DNA from: an uncultured bacterium
GTDB taxonomy: Bacteria; Electryoneota; Electryoneia; Electryoneales; Electryoneaceae
NCBI GenBank assembly: GCA_913009835.1
Contig: CAJVXH010000003.1
Coordinates: 1 to 49,680 of the forward strand
Reading direction: 5' to 3'
Length of the DNA: 49,680 bases
The translations under genes and the position numbers were made by a program. Positions 29,143 to 38,623 of this stretch are shown one piece after another; the first letter of the stretch is position 1, and the number at the start of each line of letters is the position of its first letter. The notes under the pieces are model-generated. The model made no database searches. It saw only the letters and a program-made list of their open reading frames with translations, and was not told the DNA's origin.

Positions 29143-29901
29143 TCAGTTTGGCGACAGAAAATACTGTGATACGCGCCTGTTCAGGTTTTCGGAGCTGAAC
29201 TTTTCCTGCTTGGTCAGTACATCGGTAGCCGCGTTATAGACACCCCATCTTGTATCATCTTCAATCGCATTGAACACCTTAGCCTGGGTTGTGATGGGTA
29301 GGTTGATTTCGGCGAAAAACCGTTGGATATCAGCACGTTTCATCCGTTTGCGTGTCAATTCAGTCAGCGTTGGCAGGACAATGTGCAGCCGGTCACCTAC
29401 CCTCGTCAACTGACGTGCAGCAACACGCATTTCACGATCAAAGTTCTGGCTTCCCCAATGCTTGAATCGGAAGCCACCCAGCATGAACGACAGCATCATG
29501 CCATTTGCACACACAAGACGAACAGCATTGAATTCCAAACCGAAGGTTGTGGAACCGTCGTATGAACTCACAGCATCCAACGTACACGCCACGACATCAC
29601 CGACCTTCACTTCACCTGAAGTCTGCGATAGCAAATACCGTTGCCGGAATTTCTTCCCGTTCCACAGGGTTTGGTGATCATTGAACGCCATACCAGTGTT
29701 TGCTAAAAGATCTTCAGCCACTTGCACAACGTCACTGTTTTTCACGAGCTTGTATTCGTTCGAAACAACACCTACTTCCTTAGCATCATCGTTGGGATTA
29801 AGCACTACAGCCATTCGGCTGCTGGGATCGCCATTTGTCCTGCGAAGTGGCTGTAGTTCGACTGGCACAAATGGGGATGGCGGTGGTTTGGATTTAATCA
29901 T
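29143..29901 (-). CDS. DUF932-family phage/plasmid protein
   Basis: VGVVSNEYKLVKN, SSYDGST..RLVCANGM..FKH and TRWGVYNAAT motifs. AGGAGG precedes ATG 29901. Confidence 0.82.
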   Translation of the reverse strand: MIKSKPPPSPFVPVELQPLRRTNGDPSSRMAVVLNPNDDAKEVGVVSNEYKLVKNSDVVQVAEDLLANTGMAFNDHQTLWNGKKFRQRYLLSQTSGEVKVGDVVACTLDAVSSYDGSTTFGLEFNAVRLVCANGMMLSFMLGGFRFKHWGSQNFDREMRVAARQLTRVGDRLHIVLPTLTELTRKRMKRADIQRFFAEINLPITTQAKVFNAIEDDTRWGVYNAATDVLTKQEKFSSENLNRRVSQYFLSPN

Positions 29902-30134
29902 ACGTCCTCCTGATGTTTGGTTTCCGTTCATCTTCTTATACCGGATTTTGCGGATGTCGGACATAAACTGGTGCTGGCTGGTTGTGGCAACATGCTTGCG
30001 TTAGCAGGAAGCAAAAGGAAAGGCTGGCACATATTGCTATGATGGTGAACACTGGATGACCTTGCGGAAGCCTTGCGAGAGGATTTACCTTGTGACCTTC
30101 CAAAGTACGTTACTTCAGCTGTGGCAGTTGCTGC

Positions 30135-30167
30135 CACGAGGTAACACGAGGTAACATATAGGTAACA
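30135..30167. repeat. Three AGGTAACA direct repeats (putative integrase arm-type sites)
   Basis: CACGAGGTAA CACGAGGTAA CATATAGGTAACA at 10-11 bp spacing, ~115 bp inside the tRNA fragment. Confidence 0.55.
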
Positions 30168-30282
30168 AATTAACTAGCAATTATCTCCACTTAAGAAATA
30201 TTAAGGTCTCAGAATCAGTCAGAATACCCTTATTTCATAGGCCAAAGCCCCGATTTCTGGGGTTTAGCAAAATATGCTAGAT

Positions 30283-30337
30283 AGGTCTTAGGAACCTGTG
30301 CCGTAAGGTGTGGGGGTTCGAATCCCCCCTCGCGCAC
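30283..30337 (+). tRNA. 3' half of tRNA-Leu(UAG): att-site duplicate, not a complete tRNA
   Basis: Anticodon arm AGGT-CTTAGGA-ACCT, long variable arm, T-arm GGGGG-TTCGAAT-CCCCC and acceptor 3' strand CTCGCGCA. The 5' acceptor strand (GCGCGAG) and D-arm are absent. Confidence 0.8.
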
Positions 30338-30768
30338 AAGCTGTATTAGATCGAGATAACAGTGATTCCTCAGGATTGCGGTTGAAAACAATCCTGCTTC
30401 ATTATTGTGGATGAGATCGCCGGATTGAAACATTGATCCGGCGATTCATTGTTTCTTGGAAACTTCTCAAATCCTGACCGGGTGAGCGCTAGACTTCAGC
30501 CCTTGAGCTCTGGAGTGAATGTCCTTATCTTCCGTTTTCGTGGAAACAATGAGCACATTGGCAGTGTAACATCAGTTGTGACTGCCAGTGAAAATGCCTT
30601 GAACCAATTGATGATTTATGACCGTAATTCAAAGTTAGTATTGCAGATACAATGTTGACGGCAGAGAGTACAGTCCTGCAAATTACTCTGTCGCAACTCT
30701 ATTACTTGTAACGCAAGGTGTTGGGGCGCGAATCCGTCTTGAAGTGTTTACCAAGCGAGGAGTACAGC

Positions 30769-31179
30769 GTGGCAGAACAGGATTTTCAGAGCATCACCAG
30801 TTTAATAATTGTTGCAAACGAGTTTCCCGATCCGGAATTTCGTCAGCGACGGGCAGAAGCGCATTCAGGCGAGTATTTCCGTGAGATCTACATGCGCTGG
30901 CGTGATCTTTTCGACATCCTTCCTCCCGCAAAGAATGTGAAATGGAACGACAAAATAGACTTTGCGGATGAGGATTTGTTTTACCGCACCATGCGTCTGG
31001 TAGTGGAATCGAACGAAACACCGCCGGGTTTGTTCGCTGATATAGTTGTGGCTACAGATGGATTAACGATCCGTTGGAAGGAATTCATCAACCTGGTGCC
31101 GGATGCAGCTTCAATCGACTGGATGTGTGAGGCGGAGCGTTTCAAACACCCGGATGATCTTGGTCTGCCGAAGTGCTAA
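30769..31179 (+). CDS. Hypothetical protein
   Basis: Open frame with a GAGGAG SD before GTG 30769. No recognised family. Confidence 0.55.
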   Translation: MAEQDFQSITSLIIVANEFPDPEFRQRRAEAHSGEYFREIYMRWRDLFDILPPAKNVKWNDKIDFADEDLFYRTMRLVVESNETPPGLFADIVVATDGLTIRWKEFINLVPDAASIDWMCEAERFKHPDDLGLPKC

Positions 31180-31461
31180 ATTCTTAATAGTTATACTTTT
31201 CCGCCTCTGTTGAGATTCGCTGCACCGTACTCGATTCGGAGACAGGGCATCGCTAATCTCTTGCTTTAGCGAACTGATAGTCTAACTTTAACTGCGGGCG
31301 TTGTGGGGAACCACGGCGCCCGCAGTTATTGTTGGAGATACGTTTCCTGCCATTGTCCAGACGACGTAAGTTTGAATATGGGCGGGATATTAAATGCGAG
31401 TGTGGTGACGGTTGCTGGGGATCACCACGAGAGAACATTGTGAAGAAGCCTCGGGAGAGCT

Positions 31462-32793
31462 GTGAACGTCAAGGAACCAGTTCAGGACGGTTGTATCGTA
31501 CGCGTTGGGATCGAACTCAGTTCGGACGAAATTCAACCGAAGATTGATGAGACATTTGAAAGCACTCGCAAGAGTGCCTCTTTGCCGGGATTCCGTCCGG
31601 GCAAGGTGCCGACTTCGGTTTTGAAGCAGCGTATTGGCAAGCAGGTGCGTGAGGAAGCCGCCGATGAGATTATTAAGGAGAAGCTGCCGGACGCTCTAAA
31701 AGAAAGTAAGATCAACCCGATAGCATTAGCGCCTGTGGAAGATCTCAATTTCGCTGATGATGGTAGTCTGAGCTTCACCGCGGTGCTGGAGATTGCACCC
31801 GAAGTTGATCCTTCCAAGTGGAAGGATGCCCCTGTTGAGCGACTGATTGTGGATGTAAGTGACGAGGATGTTGAATGTCACATCGACACTTTACGTCGTG
31901 ACAACGCAGTCGTCACCGAAGCTGGTGCGGAAGATGAAACTTCTCTCCATGACCGTTTGACTGTTGACATGCAGGAAGTGGACGAAAGTGGCGTCGCTAT
32001 TATAGGAAACAAGAGCGAGGCGACGGTTTTCGAGCTTGGCTCAGGCTATCTTGGTGTGGACTCGGACGAGATTTTGCTGGGGATGAAGGTTGACGAAACC
32101 CGTCGGGTTCAGATTGATGAAGAGAAGTCGGAGATCATCGATTTGCCTGGTAATGGCGTTTCCAACTGGGATGTCCACCTGAAATCGTTCGAGAAAGTTG
32201 ACCTGCCTGAAGTCGACGATGATTTTGCCGCACAGATCAATGAAGAGTTCAAGAGTGTTGATGATTTCAAGAAGAACGTGCGTGACCAACTGACGGCCTT
32301 CTCGCAGTTTCAGGCGAACCAGCGTTCGGCCGCGGGCTTGCGTGAAGCCGTAATCGGTGCCTATGACTTCGATCTGCCGCCATCTTTGCTCGGTAAAACT
32401 CTGGGCGACATGGCTGAGCGTCAGATGCAGGAGATGGGTAACAGCGCCGATCCTGAACAGCTCCGGCAGTATCTGACCCCTATCGCTCACCAGGAATTGT
32501 CATGGTTCTTCATCCGTCGATCCATCATGGACGAGGAGAACATAGAGGCGACGGATCAGGATATTGAAGAGCACGTCGAGAATTACCACAAGACCCACCC
32601 TGAGATGAATTTGGACGAGCTCAAGGTGATGTTCAAGGAGGGTGAGAAGCGTGAACAGCTCGCTGACGAGATCATCATGGGCAAGATCATGGAAGTACTT
32701 CGGAACGGCGTGAAGTGGGAAGACAAGACAGTCAGCTTCATGGATGTGCTTCAGAGTGCTCAGGCTCAACATGCCCATTCCAGTGGCGTTTAA
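31462..32793 (+). CDS. tig: Trigger factor
   Basis: LPGFRPGKVP ribosome-binding motif; synteny with clpP-clpX-lon. Confidence 0.93.
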   Translation: MNVKEPVQDGCIVRVGIELSSDEIQPKIDETFESTRKSASLPGFRPGKVPTSVLKQRIGKQVREEAADEIIKEKLPDALKESKINPIALAPVEDLNFADDGSLSFTAVLEIAPEVDPSKWKDAPVERLIVDVSDEDVECHIDTLRRDNAVVTEAGAEDETSLHDRLTVDMQEVDESGVAIIGNKSEATVFELGSGYLGVDSDEILLGMKVDETRRVQIDEEKSEIIDLPGNGVSNWDVHLKSFEKVDLPEVDDDFAAQINEEFKSVDDFKKNVRDQLTAFSQFQANQRSAAGLREAVIGAYDFDLPPSLLGKTLGDMAERQMQEMGNSADPEQLRQYLTPIAHQELSWFFIRRSIMDEENIEATDQDIEEHVENYHKTHPEMNLDELKVMFKEGEKREQLADEIIMGKIMEVLRNGVKWEDKTVSFMDVLQSAQAQHAHSSGV

Positions 32794-32875
32794 CCTAACT
32801 ACGATGTGATCAATGGCACTAAATTTACTGTATACAGGAAATCAATTTCCTGATGCATCACCTCACGGAGAGGAC

Positions 32876-33517
32876 ATGGATAACACAGTTGGACAGCTCA
32901 TTCCCATGGTGATTGAGCAGACCGGTCGTGGCGAACGCGCCTTCGACATTTACAGCCGTCTGCTCAAGGAACGTATCATCTTCCTTGGCACCCCTATCGA
33001 CTACCATATGGCGAACCTGATCATCGCCCAGCTTTTGTTCCTCGAAGCGGATGATCCGGAACGTGATATCAGCATTTACATCAACAGCCCTGGCGGCTCA
33101 GTGAGTGATGGCCTGGCCATTTACGATACGATCCAGTATATCCGTCCTGATGTACAGACCATCTGCATCGGTCTGGCGGCTTCGATGGGCGCACTGTTGC
33201 TGGCGGCAGGAACAAACGGCAAACGTTCTTCGTTGCCAAACAGCAAGATCATGATTCACCAGCCATCCGGCGGGTTCCGGGGTACGGCTGCGGATATTGA
33301 AATTCATGCCCGTGATATCCTGAAAGAGCGTGAACGTCTGAACCGGATTCTCTCAGAACACACCGGCCAGACTGAGGAGAAGATTTCGCAGGATGTTGAC
33401 CGTGATAAATTCCTCGACCCCCAAGATGCGCTCGAATACGGGATCATTGACAAAATCCAGACATCCGATCGCAAAGAGTCGAAGTCTGATGAAAAGAAGT
33501 CAGATGCCAAGAAGTAG
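32876..33517 (+). CDS. clpP: ATP-dependent Clp protease proteolytic subunit
   Basis: [33 protein letters not shown] and IMIHQP motifs. Alternative start at 32813. Confidence 0.97.
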   Translation: MDNTVGQLIPMVIEQTGRGERAFDIYSRLLKERIIFLGTPIDYHMANLIIAQLLFLEADDPERDISIYINSPGGSVSDGLAIYDTIQYIRPDVQTICIGLAASMGALLLAAGTNGKRSSLPNSKIMIHQPSGGFRGTAADIEIHARDILKERERLNRILSEHTGQTEEKISQDVDRDKFLDPQDALEYGIIDKIQTSDRKESKSDEKKSDAKK

Positions 33518-33536
33518 GAAGTGTTGGAGCTAAATT

Positions 33537-34796
33537 ATGACTGATAAACCAGACGGTAGTGACAACATTGTGCAGCGCTGTAGTTTCTGTGGGCGCGGCT
33601 CAGACCAGACCCAGGTGATGATCAGCGGCCCGAAAGGGGTGATGATCTGTGACCACTGCATTCGAGCTTCGAACCAGATTATTCAGCAGAATCAATCAGT
33701 CAAGCAGGTGAAGCCGCTTGATTCCTTCCCCATACCGGAAGAGATCAAGCGCCGGTTGGATGAGTATGTAATCGGACAGGATGAGGCCAAGCGCAAGATC
33801 GCGGTTGCGGTCTATAACCACTACAAGCGTGTGAACAGCCGAATTTTGGATGACGATGTCGAGCTGGAGAAGAGCAACATCGTGCTGCTCGGGCCCACAG
33901 GCACCGGCAAGACGCTTATCGCCCAGACGTTGGCGAAAATGCTGCAGGTACCTTTCTCTATTGCGGATGCAACCACCCTCACCGAAGCTGGTTACGTTGG
34001 CGAGGATGTTGAGAATGTGCTTGTGCGTCTGTTACAGGCAGCTGATTACGACACCGCCGCTGCGGAAATCGGTATCGTCTACATTGACGAGATTGACAAG
34101 ATCTCGCGGAAGTCGGAGAACACTTCAATCACCCGAGATGTGAGTGGTGAAGGTGTGCAGCAGGCCTTGCTCAAAATGCTGGAAGGCACTGAAGCTTCTG
34201 TTCCGCCCGAGGGTGGCCGTAAGCATCCTGAACAGAAGCTGGTCAGCATTGACACCAAGAACATATTGTTCATCTGCGGCGGAGCGTTTGAGGGTCTGGA
34301 CGACATCATCAAGCGTCGTGTCAACAAGAAAGCTATGGGCTTTGGTGCTGATGTAAGCAAGCAGCAGGATACCTCCGCTTACGAGTTTCTCCGCCAGTGT
34401 CAGCCGAAGGATATGATTCAGTTCGGCCTGATTCCAGAGCTTGTGGGACGTATTCCCATTATCGCGGCGATGGATGAATTGAGCGAGGAAGCGCTGCTGC
34501 GCATTCTCACCGAACCGCGCAACGCGATGACCAAACAGTACAAGCGTCTCTTTGAGATGGAAGATGTAGAACTGGAGTTTGAGCAGGACGCCTTAGACGA
34601 GATAGCGCATTTGGCTAGTCAGCGCAAGATCGGTGCCCGTGCCCTCCGTACCATCATGGAGGAGGCGATGCTCGAGCCGATGTTCAAGGTACCATCGGAG
34701 AAGGATGTGCAGCGTGTCCTGATCACCAAGGATGTAATCAATGGGATTGCGGATGCGATTATTGAAGGTGTGAACGAAAACCGGAAAAGTGCCTGA
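33537..34796 (+). CDS. clpX: Clp protease ATP-binding subunit ClpX
   Basis: CSFCG zinc domain, [14 protein letters not shown] and [14 protein letters not shown] motifs. Confidence 0.98.
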   Translation: MTDKPDGSDNIVQRCSFCGRGSDQTQVMISGPKGVMICDHCIRASNQIIQQNQSVKQVKPLDSFPIPEEIKRRLDEYVIGQDEAKRKIAVAVYNHYKRVNSRILDDDVELEKSNIVLLGPTGTGKTLIAQTLAKMLQVPFSIADATTLTEAGYVGEDVENVLVRLLQAADYDTAAAEIGIVYIDEIDKISRKSENTSITRDVSGEGVQQALLKMLEGTEASVPPEGGRKHPEQKLVSIDTKNILFICGGAFEGLDDIIKRRVNKKAMGFGADVSKQQDTSAYEFLRQCQPKDMIQFGLIPELVGRIPIIAAMDELSEEALLRILTEPRNAMTKQYKRLFEMEDVELEFEQDALDEIAHLASQRKIGARALRTIMEEAMLEPMFKVPSEKDVQRVLITKDVINGIADAIIEGVNENRKSA

Positions 34797-37150
34797 TGGC
34801 CGACCCCGAAGTTGTCACTGGGGATGATCTACAACAGACCATCCCCGAAATGCTCCCCGTTTTTCCTGTACGTGACCAGATAATATTTCCACGCATGGTA
34901 TTCCCTCTGCTGGTTGGACGAGAGGGGACGTTGCGTGCTGTTGAAGCGGGAATGATGCAAGACCGTCTTCTCCTCCTCCTGGCTCAGAAGGATTCGGGCA
35001 AGGAAGAGGTGAACTACGAGGATCTGTACAAGGTCGGCGTGGTAGTTAAGGTCGTGCAGGTCATGAAGTTACCTAACGGCCTCGTAAAGGTGCTTGTAGA
35101 AGGGCTGGCCCGTGCGCAGGTGGTGGAACCCGTTGAGCAGGAAGGCTATATCGCCGCCAACCTGACCCCCATCTTCCCCAGCGACAAACAGGACATTCGT
35201 CTCGAAGGGGCGATGCGTCACGCGATCACCCTGTTCAAGGAATATGTTCCGCTGAACCGTGCGTTGCCCGATGAACTCCTTTATGCCATCGAAGCGTTAA
35301 AGGATGCGGAAAGGATCAGCGATTTCCTCGCCGCACAGCTCACCATCCCCTATCAGCGCAAGCAGAAGATTCTCGAAGCGATTTCCACTTACGATCAGCT
35401 CCTCGAAATTGCAAATCAGATCGCGCACGAGATCGAAGTACTTCAGGTTGAGCGATCCATCGAGAGCCAGGTTCGTGAACGGATCAGCGTCTCTCAGCGC
35501 ACTTACTTCCTCCAGGAACAGATTCGCGCCATCAAGCGCGAGCTGGGTGATGAGGCCGAGGATGATTTCGGGGACGTTGTCGCCTACCAGAAGAAGATGG
35601 AGGAAGCGCAACTCTCCGATGAAGCCCGGGAAAAGGTTGAGGAGGAGCTGAACAAGCTCAAGTCGATGCCGATGATGTCGCCGGAAGCGACTGTCATCCG
35701 CAACTACGTTGACTGGGTGCTGGCGATTCCGTGGAAGAAACACACCCGCGACCGTCATAACATCAGCGAAGCCGCGAAGATCCTCGACGCCGACCATTAT
35801 GGTCTGAAGAAACCGAAGGATCGTATTCTCGAACATCTGGCAGTGTTGTCACTGGTGAAACGCATCCGTGGACCGCTGCTCTGTCTGGTTGGCCCGCCGG
35901 GAGTTGGAAAGACCAGCCTCGGCGCGTCTATTGCGCGAGCGCTACATCGTAAATTTGTCCGCATCAGCCTGGGTGGCGTGCGTGATGAGGCGGAGATTCG
36001 TGGCCATCGCCGGACTTACATCGGCAGCCTTCCCGGACGCATTGTCCAGTCGATGAAAAAAGCTGGCGTGGTTAACCCGGTGTTCCTGCTGGACGAAGTT
36101 GATAAAATGAGTGTGGATTTCCGTGGCGACCCGGCCTCGGCGTTGCTGGAAGTGCTGGACCCGGAACAGAACCGCACCTTCTCAGACCACTATCTCGAGG
36201 TCGAATACGATCTCAGCCAGGTGATGTTTGTCTGCACCGCGAACACGCGCGAAGGCATTCCGCTGGCGTTGCAGGACAGGATGGAAATAATCGACCTGCC
36301 CGGCTACCTCAGCGAAGAGAAATTGCGCATCGCGGAAGGTTTCCTCATCCCCAAGCAGCTCAAGGAACACGGTCTTAATGCCAAGAAGCTGCGTTTCACG
36401 TCTGACGCTATCCGACGCATCATCGAGGAGTATACACGTGAGGCTGGGGTACGTGAGCTTGAGCGGATTATCGCCCGTGGGATACGTCGAATCGCGCGTA
36501 AGTATGCCGAGAAACGCAAGATTGACAAACAGGAAGTAATCGGCGCGGGACGTTTGAAATCACTGCTCGGACGCTCTACTCATCACAAGCAGGAGCTGGA
36601 TCTCAAGCCGATGGTCGGTTGTGCGGTTGGGTTGGCGTGGACGTCGGTTGGCGGCGAGGTGCTTCGCATCCAGGTGCGCACCATGCCCGGAAAGTTCAAG
36701 CTGACCCTGACCGGACGCCTCGGCGACGTGATGAAGGAATCCGCCCAGGCCTCGCTCAGCTACATCCGCAGCCTGGCGCATGAACTCGACATCCCTCAGG
36801 AGATGATCGACAAGCGCGAGATCCACATCCACATCCCGGAAGGCGCTGTCCCGAAGGATGGCCCATCCGCCGGTGTGACATTGGCGACTGCACTGCTCAG
36901 CGCGTTAACCGGCAGGCAGGTGCGCGGTGACCTCGCGATGACAGGTGAGATCGGCCTTCAGGGTGAAGTGATGCCGGTCGGTGGGATCAACGAGAAGGTT
37001 ATGGCCGCGCAACGGTCTGGCGTGAAAGTGATTCTGCTGCCTGAGCGTAACCGTCCTGACTGGGAAGATCTTCCGAAAGGCGTCGGCAAAGGGCTTGAGG
37101 TGCACTTTGTCAGCAGTATTGATGATGTGTGGGAACGGGCTTTTGTTTAA
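34796..37150 (+). CDS. lon: Lon protease
   Basis: GPPGVGKTS, HRRTYIG, PKDGPSAG and catalytic Lys in GGINEK. Confidence 0.98.
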   Translation: MADPEVVTGDDLQQTIPEMLPVFPVRDQIIFPRMVFPLLVGREGTLRAVEAGMMQDRLLLLLAQKDSGKEEVNYEDLYKVGVVVKVVQVMKLPNGLVKVLVEGLARAQVVEPVEQEGYIAANLTPIFPSDKQDIRLEGAMRHAITLFKEYVPLNRALPDELLYAIEALKDAERISDFLAAQLTIPYQRKQKILEAISTYDQLLEIANQIAHEIEVLQVERSIESQVRERISVSQRTYFLQEQIRAIKRELGDEAEDDFGDVVAYQKKMEEAQLSDEAREKVEEELNKLKSMPMMSPEATVIRNYVDWVLAIPWKKHTRDRHNISEAAKILDADHYGLKKPKDRILEHLAVLSLVKRIRGPLLCLVGPPGVGKTSLGASIARALHRKFVRISLGGVRDEAEIRGHRRTYIGSLPGRIVQSMKKAGVVNPVFLLDEVDKMSVDFRGDPASALLEVLDPEQNRTFSDHYLEVEYDLSQVMFVCTANTREGIPLALQDRMEIIDLPGYLSEEKLRIAEGFLIPKQLKEHGLNAKKLRFTSDAIRRIIEEYTREAGVRELERIIARGIRRIARKYAEKRKIDKQEVIGAGRLKSLLGRSTHHKQELDLKPMVGCAVGLAWTSVGGEVLRIQVRTMPGKFKLTLTGRLGDVMKESAQASLSYIRSLAHELDIPQEMIDKREIHIHIPEGAVPKDGPSAGVTLATALLSALTGRQVRGDLAMTGEIGLQGEVMPVGGINEKVMAAQRSGVKVILLPERNRPDWEDLPKGVGKGLEVHFVSSIDDVWERAFV

Positions 37151-37163
37151 GATGGTTGGATTC

Positions 37164-37370
37164 ATCCGGTTATCCAGCTAACTCAGCCAGGAGATATGCC
37201 CCTGTGACCCGCCGTCTTTTTGGCGGTTCGCAGGGATTATCCAACTGTAATCCTGAGTCCTGAGAAAACAAACACGTACCTAATAACTTGTGGATCAACC
37301 CTGTTATCACCTGCGGCGGTAACAGGGGCATGTTCATCGCACCTCAGCTGAGTTAACTGGATAACCGGAT
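37164..37370. repeat. ~207-bp non-coding element with long imperfect terminal inverted repeats (MITE/REPIN-like)
   Basis: ATCCGGTTATCCAGCTAACTCAGC at the left matches the reverse complement ATCCGGTTATCCAGTTAACTCAGC at the right. Each arm also carries a GCCCCTG..CAGGG hairpin. Confidence 0.75.
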
Positions 37371-37376
37371 AGATTC

Positions 37377-37586
37377 ATGAACTACACCGTAATTATTGAG
37401 CGCGGCGACACATCATGGGGAGCCTGGGTGCCGGATCTTCCCGGATGTACAGCGGTTGCCAAGTCGCGCGAGGAAGTCGTCAAGCTTATCCACGAAGCCA
37501 TTGAGTTTCATCTCGAAGGGCTACGTGAGGACGGCGACTCTATCCCCGAACCTCGCTCCGACAGTTTACAGATCCATGTAGCGTGA
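37377..37586 (+). CDS. hicB: HicB-family antitoxin (short, orphan)
   Basis: YTVIIE..WGAWVPDLPGCTAVAKSREEV..EAIEFHLEGL..IPEP. Confidence 0.85.
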   Translation: MNYTVIIERGDTSWGAWVPDLPGCTAVAKSREEVVKLIHEAIEFHLEGLREDGDSIPEPRSDSLQIHVA

Positions 37587-37590
37587 CTAT

Positions 37591-37692
37591 CCCAACTGGG
37601 ATTGTCTAAAAATCGGCGGCAAAGGGTTGGAAGTACACTTCATCGAGAAGATTGATGATGTGTGGGATAGAGCGTTTGTTGTATTAGTGTGA
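37591..37692 (+). pseudogene. Diverged duplicate of the lon 3' end
   Basis: Translates as PNWDCLKIGGKGLEVHFIEKIDDVWDRAFVVLV*, versus the Lon C-terminus PDWEDLPKGVGKGLEVHFVSSIDDVWERAFV*. Confidence 0.85.
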
Positions 37693-37700
37693 GGTGTACG

Positions 37701-38609
37701 TTGAATACAATTAGTATTCAGAATCCCAGAGAGCTCCTAGAACTCCTTCCAAGTTCAGATATTTCAACCATGCGTTTATGGAGAGGGCAGGGGGACGCAA
37801 CATGGAATCTTGTTCCATCCATCTTCAGAGACTCTGCTCGAATTTGGCTAAACCAGCATTTAAACTTTTCTGATGAGTTACTCAAGCAAGAAGGATACCA
37901 GAATGCTTTGCCTAAAGCGGAAAGGTCAGTAATAGGTTTTTTTATCTTAAACGCAGATAGAACTGGAATCGCATTACCAAATTTCAATAAAAATCTTATG
38001 CTTCACCTTTATCAATCGGACATACATTACGATGATCCATTCCCACAGTGGCCAACGGAAGATGACTATGAAATAATCGCCACTGCACAGCACTATGAAC
38101 ATCCTACTAGGATGATTGACTGGTCAACTTCTCCATTGATAGGTCTCTATTTTGCTGTCAATGGCTTCTTGAAAGAGTATGCGAAACGAACCGAGGATCC
38201 ACCAACTGAATACGCACTATGGAGTTTGAATACTGCTGTAAATACGAATTTGAGTGGCGAAGATAATCGGAATGATTTTATCAGAAGTAGAATAGTGCGA
38301 CCTGTTGAAATTCCATATAGAGAAAACAAATATTTGCGTGCACAATCAGGGAAGTTCACACTTTGCACTGATACGTTGGCTAAGTCATGGGATGGCACAA
38401 AAGATGGGATAGAAAAGTATTTTCCGGAAGATACCCCAGATTGTAGACTCACGAAGTATTTGTTACCAGCAGATTCAATCGGGTCAGCTAACAGAATACT
38501 TGAGAACCTCAATGTAAGCGCACTACAAGTGTTTCCTGGTTACCGGGGCGTTCTGCAATCATTGACTGAGGCCAAACTCTACAACCGCTTCATCGATGAA
38601 ACCAGATAG
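37701..38609 (+). CDS. FRG-domain protein
   Basis: LWRGQGD..WNLVPSIFR, AQHYEHPTRMIDWSTSPLIGLYFA and AQSGKFT motifs. AT-rich. GAGGTG SD before TTG. Confidence 0.85.
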   Translation: MNTISIQNPRELLELLPSSDISTMRLWRGQGDATWNLVPSIFRDSARIWLNQHLNFSDELLKQEGYQNALPKAERSVIGFFILNADRTGIALPNFNKNLMLHLYQSDIHYDDPFPQWPTEDDYEIIATAQHYEHPTRMIDWSTSPLIGLYFAVNGFLKEYAKRTEDPPTEYALWSLNTAVNTNLSGEDNRNDFIRSRIVRPVEIPYRENKYLRAQSGKFTLCTDTLAKSWDGTKDGIEKYFPEDTPDCRLTKYLLPADSIGSANRILENLNVSALQVFPGYRGVLQSLTEAKLYNRFIDETR

Positions 38610-38623
38610 ATGCGTGCAACATT

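Larger units (their letters stand above)
8879..30337. mobile_element. Integrated element / defence island at tRNA-Leu(UAG), left end truncated at IS256
   Basis: Contains primase-helicase with ori-like region, R-M operon and DUF932 module. Bounded on the right by a tRNA 3' fragment with nearby direct repeats. No integrase in the window. Confidence 0.75.

Noticed and set aside
30255-30340. Intact tRNA-Leu gene
   Set aside because: No 5' strand complementary to CTCGCGC and no D-arm; only the 3' half is present.
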